Positions 49,778 through 58,196 of a stretch of DNA of 64,000 nucleotides are shown here, one piece after another (within the stretch, counting starts at the first letter, position 1; every line of letters begins with the position of its first letter). The translations under genes and the position numbers were made by a program. Under the pieces are notes generated by a model that worked only from the letters and a program-made list of their open reading frames with translations, was not told the DNA's origin and did not search any database. Origin of the DNA: Acidobacteriota bacterium (lineage in GTDB: Bacteria > Acidobacteriota > Terriglobia > 2-12-FULL-54-10); contig JACPPJ010000054.1 in the NCBI GenBank assembly GCA_016191085.1, forward strand, positions 24,646 through 88,645, in the 5' to 3' direction.

Positions 49778-50137
49778 TTAGGCGGCACGTCGGTTGCCTG
49801 ATTCGGGCGGGGCTTGCCTTTCGATTCGTTTCACGAGAAACGGCTGATTGCCGAAGCGGTTTACGCCTTCCTGGTTTGCAGCCGCAGCGGAATTAAACGC
49901 ACCGAAGAAGTTTTCGCCTCGGATCAGCGCGAAGCCACCTTCGTTGCCGCGGAGCAAGTCCTCTTTGATGCTCTCGAAGTAGGCGAGTTCTTTTTCCAGT
50001 CCGACCAACACAGCGATGAGGCCGGGAGTCGTTCCAGTTGTCTGTCCGGCATATTTCAATAACCGGGTTTCGAGCTGGAAGTCATTACCGGCCTCATCTG
50101 ATTTAGTAGATGAGTTGAGGAGAGGAAAGGGTTGCAC
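49778..50137 (-). CDS. Hypothetical protein (C-terminal ~70 aa DUF5678-like); start uncertain
   Basis: LEKELAYFESIKEDLL...FALIRGE....F...A..G..RFG..PFLVKRI pattern. Confidence 0.45.
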   Translation of the reverse strand: MQPFPLLNSSTKSDEAGNDFQLETRLLKYAGQTTGTTPGLIAVLVGLEKELAYFESIKEDLLRGNEGGFALIRGENFFGAFNSAAAANQEGVNRFGNQPFLVKRIERQAPPESGNRRAA

Positions 50138-50161
50138 TTTTTTGCTGTTCCGGTGCCGGTC

Positions 50162-50332
50162 TCACCCCTCCGTCCCAGTTGCCGCAATCTGATGCAACAT
50201 CATTTCACTCCCGCAGCAGCAGCGGGGCAGGTTTTCCATAGTGCACGCAGGTTTTGCGCCGCGAATGACTCTGATCTCCACGGCGCATTCTGGGTTGGGA
50301 CAGGAATAAACTTCTCCCTCTCGCAAGGCCAT
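50162..50332 (-). CDS. Small Cys-rich metal-binding protein (desulforedoxin-like)
   Basis: GEVYSCPNPEC..EIRV...C...RCCCGSEM; strong GGAGGAGG RBS before ATG 50332. Confidence 0.65.
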   Translation of the reverse strand: MALREGEVYSCPNPECAVEIRVIRGAKPACTMENLPRCCCGSEMMLHQIAATGTEG

Positions 50333-50456
50333 TCTGACCTCCTCCGGGTGGTTCAAAGCTGTAGTTCAACACATTCTTAGATGCCGCAGGAGTCCGCCCC
50401 GAATACACGGGAATCATCAGTTGCGGCGAATTCGGGCAGGGTATGCGTGAAGAGAT

Positions 50457-50690
50457 CTATGTAGCCGTAGGCGTCGCAACGAGAACGTCCTTGCGTCGCC
50501 GATTAACCGCTCGTGGCCCATATTGAGCCGCCCTGCAAGCTCTCTTTCGACGTTTCGGCTGTTCGCTCTCACGCGCAAGTCTCTTCAGCATTTCCCGCGT
50601 TGATTTCTTGGGGAACACAAACTTCAGCAATTCTTCGCTGGTCATCTCTCGCCCTGGCTTTTTCGGCACCTTTTGTTTTTTAGGAGACAT
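50457..50690 (-). CDS. Small basic hypothetical protein, divergent from the IS1595 remnant
   Basis: 77-aa Lys/Arg-rich ORF with GGAG upstream. Confidence 0.4.
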   Translation of the reverse strand: MSPKKQKVPKKPGREMTSEELLKFVFPKKSTREMLKRLARESEQPKRRKRACRAAQYGPRAVNRRRKDVLVATPTAT

Positions 50691-50711
50691 TGTATGAACT
50701 CCATGCGGAAT

Positions 50712-51116
50712 ATGAAGCTGATGACGCTGATGGAAGACTTTGATGAGAACAATGAAAGCCGGACAGCATTAGAACCGCTTCGTTAGCCCGATGGCATTGA
50801 GTGCCCTCGCTGCAAAGGCAAGACGATCTGAAGGATTCGAAAGCGCGCCCAGTTTGATTGCGATTCATGCCGGTACCAGTTCTCCGTAACATCTGGAACG
50901 ATCTTCCATGACTCCCACTTGCCGCTGCCAAAGCGGTTCGCGACTACGTATTTGATGTGCGAATCCAAGAAGGGAATCTCCGCAAATCAACTCAAGCGCA
51001 CCCTGAAGGTGAGCTACAAAACCGCGTGGTATCTCTGCCATCGAATACGAAAGGCGATGGCGGAAATGAATCCGCCAAAATTGAATGGCACGGTCGAGGT
51101 GGATAAAATGTTCGTG
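50712..51116 (+). pseudogene. IS1595-family transposase remnant
   Basis: One frame from ATG 50712: LR*PDGIECPRC...I*...CDSCRYQFSVTSGTIFHDSHLPL...KKGISANQL...SYKTAW..CHRIR...GTVEVD. In-frame TAG at 50784 and TGA at 50829; most of the DDE core is missing. Confidence 0.88.
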
Positions 51117-51297
51117 CAGGAACGATCCATGCCGGGGCCCGGAACTTACCGCTTGGTAGTAGTTCAACCTGGCCCGGCGGTGCGGTTTCCAATCAGTTCT
51201 TCTATTTCATCGGGCAGCATGCCTTAAGTTTCATCTGTTAGAAACCGGGACTGCTGCCCGAATTCTTTTGCGGATCCAACGGTGTGTCGGCTCGCGC

Positions 51298-53031
51298 TCA
51301 AGCCGCCGCAGTTGCCGCGTGTTGGGTTGCTAAGTAGCCAAACGTCATACCCGCCATCAGTGAGAACCCCGCCTGGTAACCGATTCCCCAGAGTCGGCTG
51401 GCCGCCACGGCGCCACAAGCATATAGATTGGGGATGGGTTCCTGCGTAGCATGATGGAGTACTTGCGCCTTGGTATTCACGGCAACTTTGGTACCCGCCC
51501 GGAATGGGTCCGAAGCCGGAGTCAACTGCACTCCGTAGAACGGGGACTTTTCTAGGGACCCTATCGTCTCTGGCCTGCGGTTGAACTCCGGATCTTTTCC
51601 ACGGCGCGCGGTCTCATTGTAGCGAGCTACTGTGGCTTGTAGTTTTGCGGCGGGTATCTTCAGTTTCTCGGCCACCTGGGCCAGAGTGCTTCCCTTGGCC
51701 ACCCAGTCCTCCAGGGCGTCGGTGTTCCCCGGGGGTAGCCCATCAAAGATGTGCTTCTGCAAATACAGTGAATCGAAAATGAGATAGCACGGGATGTTTT
51801 GAAACCGGTGGTGGTCCCACACCTCGAACTCATTGAGCTTGGCTCCAAATTTTTGAAAGAACGACTCATCGGCGAATCTCTCACCAAAACGATTGACGAC
51901 GATGCTATGGCTCATCTGTAGCTCGGCGTTGGGCCGACCCGCCGCAGAGCCGTTGGGGAAATCTTCGCCGGGCGCATGGAGCGTAGCCATGGGGACGACA
52001 AAGGATTCGCTGTCGATCAATCCACCGACTTCACCCGCCAGCATCCAGTTAGGGCCGTGGCCGCCTCGTCCGTTGACATCTCCGCCCACACCAAGCACTA
52101 CCCCCCGGCGGGCTCGGATGTTCTCACGCTTCCCCTTGTGATTTATCGTGATGCCGACTACGCGCCCGTTTTCCACTAGCACCTTTCCCACAGGGGTCTC
52201 GGTACGCACCTCGATGCCGCGCTTCAGGATTCCCCGGAAAAGATAGCTGATGAGGGCGTTGCCCTCGACGCGCTGGGCCTCATCTGCTTTTAGTATTTCC
52301 TCCACCTTGGCAGGTCCCAGCACTTTGCGCCAAGGTTCGATACGGTTGTTCATGTAACGGTATGGCCCGAAATTCTCTAGCCGTTCTCCAACCTTACTGC
52401 CCTCCAGGGCTTCGGCAAAACCGCGGACAAACACGGACATTTGCACTTTTTGACGCCACTCCCCCAAATCTTCGGCCGGGAACGGCTCATAGTTGATCAA
52501 GCGGCCGAGCTTGCGGGAACCTTTTGCGACTGGATAATAGAACTCGCTCCCAGCCAGGCGGAACTTAAAGCCCACCTTGTCACGCAGATATTCCAGTACC
52601 TGGGCCGCGTTGTCCACGAATGTCTCCGCATATGCCGGCACGCTGTAGCCTCCGCCGACGAACTGCAAGTAGTCCAGAGCATCCTGGCGGGAATCCGGTA
52701 TTCCTTTGGCTTTGGCTAGATAATTTAGCGGCACCCAGATGCTGCCGCCCGACTGGGCAGTTGTCCCACCGATCATCGCCGACTTTTCCACCAACAGGGT
52801 CTTAAAGCCCTTGTCGTGGCCGAAGATCGCCGATGCACAGCCGGCGGCTCCTGCCCCCACGCAGATCCAATCATACTCGGATGACCAGTCCGCCACCGCC
52901 TTACTTTGACATCCAATCGATGGGAGTGTTGCGGCCGCAACCGCCGCCACGGCTCCTCCTCCCAGGGTTTTTACGAATCTCCTTCGCGAGGCGGATACCT
53001 TCGTTTTCTTGCTTGGGTCTTTGTCTACCAT
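51298..53031 (-). CDS. Tat-exported FAD-dependent oxidoreductase (FAD_binding_2; 3-ketosteroid dehydrogenase/flavocytochrome-like), probable lipoprotein
   Basis: SRRRFV twin-arginine, SIGC lipobox-like, VGAGAAG, GGTTAQSGG, VNRFGERFADE and PIPNLYACG. Confidence 0.85.
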   Translation of the reverse strand: MVDKDPSKKTKVSASRRRFVKTLGGGAVAAVAAATLPSIGCQSKAVADWSSEYDWICVGAGAAGCASAIFGHDKGFKTLLVEKSAMIGGTTAQSGGSIWVPLNYLAKAKGIPDSRQDALDYLQFVGGGYSVPAYAETFVDNAAQVLEYLRDKVGFKFRLAGSEFYYPVAKGSRKLGRLINYEPFPAEDLGEWRQKVQMSVFVRGFAEALEGSKVGERLENFGPYRYMNNRIEPWRKVLGPAKVEEILKADEAQRVEGNALISYLFRGILKRGIEVRTETPVGKVLVENGRVVGITINHKGKRENIRARRGVVLGVGGDVNGRGGHGPNWMLAGEVGGLIDSESFVVPMATLHAPGEDFPNGSAAGRPNAELQMSHSIVVNRFGERFADESFFQKFGAKLNEFEVWDHHRFQNIPCYLIFDSLYLQKHIFDGLPPGNTDALEDWVAKGSTLAQVAEKLKIPAAKLQATVARYNETARRGKDPEFNRRPETIGSLEKSPFYGVQLTPASDPFRAGTKVAVNTKAQVLHHATQEPIPNLYACGAVAASRLWGIGYQAGFSLMAGMTFGYLATQHAATAAA

Positions 53032-53112
53032 TCCGGAACCTCAATTTCTTTCAGTGATTAAGGAATTAGCCAATACCTTGGCAATAATCAATCAGGTCAT
53101 GTTCTCTTGCAA

Positions 53113-56100
53113 TTAAAACAACAGCTTCAGCGCAAATTGAATCTGTCGCGAACTGGTCGCCGTGTTGGTGATGAGGCCCGCATTTCCCAACGGAGTTGCT
53201 GTCTGTCCGAAGACCGTCCGGTTCGGCGCATCAAAATTGGCTCGGTTGAGGAGGTTGAAGAACTCAGCGCGAAATTCCAGTTTGCCACTCTCCCCTAATA
53301 CGCCTAATGCTGTATCTTTTACAAGTGAAAAGTCCCAGTTAGCCAGACCAGGACTACGCAGAATATTCCGGCCGGCCGTCCCGAGGTAACCTAATTCCGG
53401 AAGGCTGAAAGCGCACGGATCGAAATACAAATCCGCGCCTCCCAGTTTCCTCCCACTCGCGACGCCCGGACAGCCACGGCTTGCGCCGTTCGTAATATCT
53501 TCATTGCTGCGCCCGGCCACCAAATCCGGCCGGTCAATGTTTGCAGCCCCGCCCCCGACCTGAGTTCGCGAACGATTGGTCTGCAGGGAAGGGCTGAAAG
53601 GCGCTCCGGTCTGCAGGGACAGGATGCTACTGACTCCCCAGCCATTCAAAAGCTTGTCCAGAACTGCTCCCGATGAGATCAGATCTGGCAGTCTATAGAT
53701 GGCGTTGAGCCGCCAGTTGTGGGTGGCATCAAAGTTGGCCGGAGCCCGGTCCAGTCTCAAAAAATCCGGATGCACCGGCCAGGAACTGCTTGTATTGTTG
53801 TCGTTGACCAACTGCGACTGCGTTTGGTCCATTGTTTTCGACCAGGTATAGGAACTCTGGAATTGCAGGCCCTTGCTTAACCGCTTTGTGAGCCCGAACT
53901 GCAAAGAATCATACCAGGAGTCGCCTCCCGCCGTTTTCAATTCGACTGTGGTCCAATTGGGATTGATCCGGGGCTCGTTACCTCTCCAAAACGGGCGGCC
54001 GTCGGCCAGAATCTGAGGTACGGTGGGGTTGCCTTCCCTAGTCATCATGAGATTGAGACCGCGCGAACCAGCGTAGGCTAAAGTCAAAGCCATTTCCGAG
54101 GGCAACTGCTGCTCAATCGTCAGGTGGTACTGTAACATATGCGGTTGCTGTAGATTGTAATCCAGCGGACGAAGGGCCCTTCCCACCAGCCCGGCAGGGA
54201 TCACGAATGGGATCGTGAACGGGATCGGCGGCGATACCGTGCTCTGGCTGGAGAACGGCGGAGTCGTCCCGGTTCCGATCAACAGCGTACTGCCGACATT
54301 CCCCAGATCATAAAGGAGCCCAAAGCCGCCCCGAACCGCGGTTTTTCCATTTCCTCGAACGTCCCAGGCAAAACCAAACCGGGGACTCACATTGCGGAGC
54401 GTCGCGTTCCGAAACGGGGGCCCGATGGTGAAGCTAGAGCCCCGCACAATGTCTCGCAACGCCGATCCGCGGCCCCGCACCTCCTGTACCTCCGTCTGGA
54501 ACTCATATCGCAATCCCAGGTTGAGCCTGAGGTCCGATCGGACGGGGAAGTCATCCTGCGCATAAAATCCGAGTGTGGTGTAGTGATAGGTTCGATCCAC
54601 CACCGAGCCAGGCGTGACGGCGTTCAACGTTGTCGGCTGCGCCAGTAAGAAATTTCGAACATCGGCAAATGTCACCGTGCCCCGGACATTGGTGCCGTTA
54701 TTCAGGTATTGCTGGTACCGGTTGATGAGCGCGCCGAACTTCAGCGAGTGGCGGCCCGCCGTGTAAAACAGATCGTCGCTCCAGGTGAAAATATTCTGCT
54801 TGAGCTGCAGCGGCGTGATGTTGTTGGGACCCATGGCAGACACGCCCCCAATGCTGATCTGCCCCAGGTCTCGACCGGGAAGAAAGGAAAACTGGGGACC
54901 ACTGACGTCGTTAGGAGAACTCAGAAAGATGTTTGTGCGGCTGTAAGAAAATCGGATCGTATTCAGCAGCGCGGGCGAGAAAATATGGCTATCTGATAAC
55001 GTGGCATATTGCGCCCGATTGGTCTTGACCGTCTGGAACTGGGGAAAAGGCAGCGCCTGAATCAACTCGGCGTCAGAGGCCGTATATCGGCCAAAGATCA
55101 TATCGCTATTCGAATATGAAGTATCGACGCGCATCTGGCCATAGTCTTCCCGGGTCGGCTGACTGAACGGGAACGTAAACTGATTGTTAGGCAAGTTCGG
55201 ATCCGGATAGAGCGTCAAGAGAGGCCTGATCACGGGACTAATCTGTGGCACCAGGCCGCCGTCTACCTTGCTGGAAGGGGCAATCGTGTTGGAGACGCTC
55301 GTAATGCCCAACCGCTCACGCAACCCTTCATACACGCCGTAGAAAAATGTCTTGTCTTTCTGGATCGGGCCGCCAAAGGATGCTCCAAAATTGTTGCGCT
55401 TGAATTCCGGCAGACGGCCGGGCGTGATCGCGGTCTTGCGGTCGAAGAAATTCCGCGCGTCGAGATTGTCATTCCGCAGATACTCGAACAGCGAACCGTG
55501 AAACGCGTTGGTGCCGCTCTTGCTCACGATCATTGTCTGGCTGCCCATGGTCATGCCGTACTCGGCGCTGAAAGAATTCGTCACCACACGGTATTCGCGA
55601 ATTCCCTCAAGTCCCAGCGTGGAGCCGCTGACGGATGCCGAAGTTGCACCCATAAGATTCTGCATGATGGCGCCGTCCAGCAAGTAATTGTTGGAACGGA
55701 TCGGAGCACCATTGCTACTCAGCCATGTGCCCGTCATGGATCCGGTATAAGTACGATTGCTCTGCTGTTGCACGCCCGGCTGCAGCAACGTCAAATCAAT
55801 ATAGTTGCGACCGTTTAAGGGCAAGTCAGCGACACGCTGCTCGTCCACCAAGCCGCCGAGCGAGCCGGTCGTCGTATTCACCAGTGGAGCTTCTGCCGTC
55901 ACGGCCACCGTCTGTTCCACGGCCCCAAGCTCCAGCGTGAAGTTCACCACCGCTTCCTGCCCCACGGTGAGGGTCAGGCCGCTTCGCACTTCTGAACGGA
56001 ATCCCGCATGCTCCACGCGCACTTCGTACGGGCCGACGGGGAGCGCGGAGAACCGATAGGAGCCGTCCGCGGCGGTGAGCGCGCTGCGAGTCTGCCCGGT

Positions 56101-56289
56101 CTGTTGGTGGCGGGCAGTCAAAGTAGCCTCGGGCATGACGGCTCCGCTGGCGTCCCGTACCACCCCCAAAATGGTCGCTGTAGGTAATTGGGCTAGCGAG
56201 CCTCTGGTTCCGCAAACAAGTATCATGAGTGCCACAAGAAGAGTTTCTCGCAGACCCGCTGCCGGCCTCGATATTAAACGCAAACGCAT
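53113..56289 (-). CDS. TonB-dependent receptor (Oar-like, N-terminal carboxypeptidase-regulatory-like domain)
   Basis: GVVRDASGA, LPLNGRN, KSGTN.FHGS.FEYLRN, SPRFGFAWD, FRAEFFN and terminal RQIQFALKLLF. AAGGAGG RBS before ATG 56289. Confidence 0.93.
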   Translation of the reverse strand: MRLRLISRPAAGLRETLLVALMILVCGTRGSLAQLPTATILGVVRDASGAVMPEATLTARHQQTGQTRSALTAADGSYRFSALPVGPYEVRVEHAGFRSEVRSGLTLTVGQEAVVNFTLELGAVEQTVAVTAEAPLVNTTTGSLGGLVDEQRVADLPLNGRNYIDLTLLQPGVQQQSNRTYTGSMTGTWLSSNGAPIRSNNYLLDGAIMQNLMGATSASVSGSTLGLEGIREYRVVTNSFSAEYGMTMGSQTMIVSKSGTNAFHGSLFEYLRNDNLDARNFFDRKTAITPGRLPEFKRNNFGASFGGPIQKDKTFFYGVYEGLRERLGITSVSNTIAPSSKVDGGLVPQISPVIRPLLTLYPDPNLPNNQFTFPFSQPTREDYGQMRVDTSYSNSDMIFGRYTASDAELIQALPFPQFQTVKTNRAQYATLSDSHIFSPALLNTIRFSYSRTNIFLSSPNDVSGPQFSFLPGRDLGQISIGGVSAMGPNNITPLQLKQNIFTWSDDLFYTAGRHSLKFGALINRYQQYLNNGTNVRGTVTFADVRNFLLAQPTTLNAVTPGSVVDRTYHYTTLGFYAQDDFPVRSDLRLNLGLRYEFQTEVQEVRGRGSALRDIVRGSSFTIGPPFRNATLRNVSPRFGFAWDVRGNGKTAVRGGFGLLYDLGNVGSTLLIGTGTTPPFSSQSTVSPPIPFTIPFVIPAGLVGRALRPLDYNLQQPHMLQYHLTIEQQLPSEMALTLAYAGSRGLNLMMTREGNPTVPQILADGRPFWRGNEPRINPNWTTVELKTAGGDSWYDSLQFGLTKRLSKGLQFQSSYTWSKTMDQTQSQLVNDNNTSSSWPVHPDFLRLDRAPANFDATHNWRLNAIYRLPDLISSGAVLDKLLNGWGVSSILSLQTGAPFSPSLQTNRSRTQVGGGAANIDRPDLVAGRSNEDITNGASRGCPGVASGRKLGGADLYFDPCAFSLPELGYLGTAGRNILRSPGLANWDFSLVKDTALGVLGESGKLEFRAEFFNLLNRANFDAPNRTVFGQTATPLGNAGLITNTATSSRQIQFALKLLF

Positions 56290-56371
56290 AGACCTCCTTA
56301 CGTGATGGCTCCGGTCAGGAACCAATCCCAACAGCATTTTCGGAACGCCAAAAACCAATGTTGATCCCATG

Positions 56372-58123
56372 TCAGCAACCGAGCTTCGCAGCATTTTCGG
56401 CCGCCAAAAAACCAAATGTTGCGCCCGTCGTCAACGACAATCCGCCTTGGTATCCAATGCCCCAGATGCGGCTGGTCATGATCCGCGTCGGGACCGCATA
56501 CAATCCTGGAATCGGCTTTCCCGTGGCGTGATGCAAAACTTGGGCATTCGGGTTGATAATAATTTCTGTGTCACCACGCAATGGGTCAGGCGTCATCATC
56601 TGCACACCGTAGAATGGCGGCTTCTCGATGGCACCCAGCGTCTTCGGGTCTCGATCGAAATCCTGGTCCTTTCCCCGCCGGACGTGCTGGTTGAAACGAG
56701 CCACCGTGGCTTGCAGCGCCGCGGCCGGCAATCTCAATTTCTGGGCCACTTCGGCGACCGTCTTGCCTTGCGCTACCCAATTGAGACCCTCGTCCTCACC
56801 CGGAGGCATCCCGACGAAGGAGTACTTCTCAATGAGGTTGTGATCGAAGATGAAGTAAAAGGGGATGTTCCGGAAGCGATGTTCTCCCAGGCGCTCAAAT
56901 TGATTCGTCTTCTCGCCGAGACCTTGGTAGGGGGTTTCGTTGGCGAATCGTTCCCCAAAGCGATTTACGATCAGGCTGTGGCGCATGCGGTTTTCATAAT
57001 TGATCCGGGTGGCGGGAGATCCGTCAGGGAAGTTTTCGCCGGGCACGTGCAACGCCGCCGTCCCTTGAATGGACGCCACGGTGTACACTGCTGCTCCTGC
57101 GGCAGTGGCCAGCCGCCAATTGCCAGCTTCAGTGCTGGAGTCGCTGGGGGAGTCTGCCATGGGGCCCCCGATGCCTAACAGAATCCCTTTGGTCGCTCTG
57201 ATATTCTGTTCCGCGCCCTTGGAGCGGACAGCCACACCCATTACGCGGCCATTCTCGATGAGCAGTTTCTCTGCGATCGTTTCGGTACGGACCTCGATGC
57301 CACGCTGCAGGACGCCCCGGAACATGTAAGCCGCCACCGCACCTCCCGCCATGCGGCGCTTCTCATCCTCTTCGAGGATAGGTCCCAGTTGATCGCCTAA
57401 CCGTTTCTTCCAGAGGCGCACGCGCCAATCGGAGGGATTCCGGAGCGGGCCGTACAGAGGTGTGGTGCCTCCGGCGATTGCTGGATTATGCTCCTGGCGG
57501 CCCAGAGCCTGCGTCAAGCCACGATAGAAGATTGAAAGTCGCACTTTGCTACGCCAGTCGCCGAGCGTTTCGGCGGGAAAAGGCTCGCAGGCGAGAAGCC
57601 TCCCGCGGCCTTTGGTGCCAGCAGCATTCGGATAGAACTCCGACAATTCGCTTGGCATGAATTTGACGTCTGCTTTTTGCTGAAGGTATTCGATGACGCG
57701 AGGAGCATGATCCACCAGCGCTTCTCGCATTTCAGGAACGCCATATCCGCCGGAAATGTAAGTGAGATACGCGAGGGCCTCTTCGCGCGAATCGGACTGT
57801 CCAGCCGCCTTCAAAAAATGGTTCATCGGCACCCACAATGTTCCCGCAGCCTGCGAAGTGATGCCTCCAATTGTCTCCGACTTCTCAATCAGCAGCGTTT
57901 TCATTCCCTGATCGTGGGCCGCAATGGCTGCCGCGCAACCGGCCACACCCGATCCGACTGAGATCCAGTCATAGGTGGAGGCCCAGTCAATCGAGTGGGA
58001 ACTCGAGCAGCCCACGGAACCAGCCCAAGCAGCGGAGACCAGCGCACCTTGCCCTAAGCCCGCTACAAATTTCCTTCTTGACGCGGATATTTTCTCTTTA
58101 CTCTTTTCCGGCTCTCGCCCCAT
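56372..58123 (-). CDS. Second Tat-exported FAD-dependent oxidoreductase (KstD-like), paralog of 51298-53031
   Basis: SRRKFV, SVGC, VGSGVAG, GGITSQAAG, VNRFGERFANE and WGIGYQGG. Confidence 0.85.
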   Translation of the reverse strand: MGREPEKSKEKISASRRKFVAGLGQGALVSAAWAGSVGCSSSHSIDWASTYDWISVGSGVAGCAAAIAAHDQGMKTLLIEKSETIGGITSQAAGTLWVPMNHFLKAAGQSDSREEALAYLTYISGGYGVPEMREALVDHAPRVIEYLQQKADVKFMPSELSEFYPNAAGTKGRGRLLACEPFPAETLGDWRSKVRLSIFYRGLTQALGRQEHNPAIAGGTTPLYGPLRNPSDWRVRLWKKRLGDQLGPILEEDEKRRMAGGAVAAYMFRGVLQRGIEVRTETIAEKLLIENGRVMGVAVRSKGAEQNIRATKGILLGIGGPMADSPSDSSTEAGNWRLATAAGAAVYTVASIQGTAALHVPGENFPDGSPATRINYENRMRHSLIVNRFGERFANETPYQGLGEKTNQFERLGEHRFRNIPFYFIFDHNLIEKYSFVGMPPGEDEGLNWVAQGKTVAEVAQKLRLPAAALQATVARFNQHVRRGKDQDFDRDPKTLGAIEKPPFYGVQMMTPDPLRGDTEIIINPNAQVLHHATGKPIPGLYAVPTRIMTSRIWGIGYQGGLSLTTGATFGFLAAENAAKLGC

Positions 58124-58196
58124 GGTAATGAAGGCCTCCTTGGATTGGCCGCATTGGCGGCAGAAAGAAAATTTAACACGGACAGGTCGATCCTAC

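Noticed and set aside
50712-50831. Stop-codon recoding (Pyl/Sec) of the in-frame TAG and TGA in the IS1595 ORF
   Set aside because: The TAG falls at a normally Trp codon (RWPDG), the gene is also truncated, and other genes here use TAG and TGA as normal stops.
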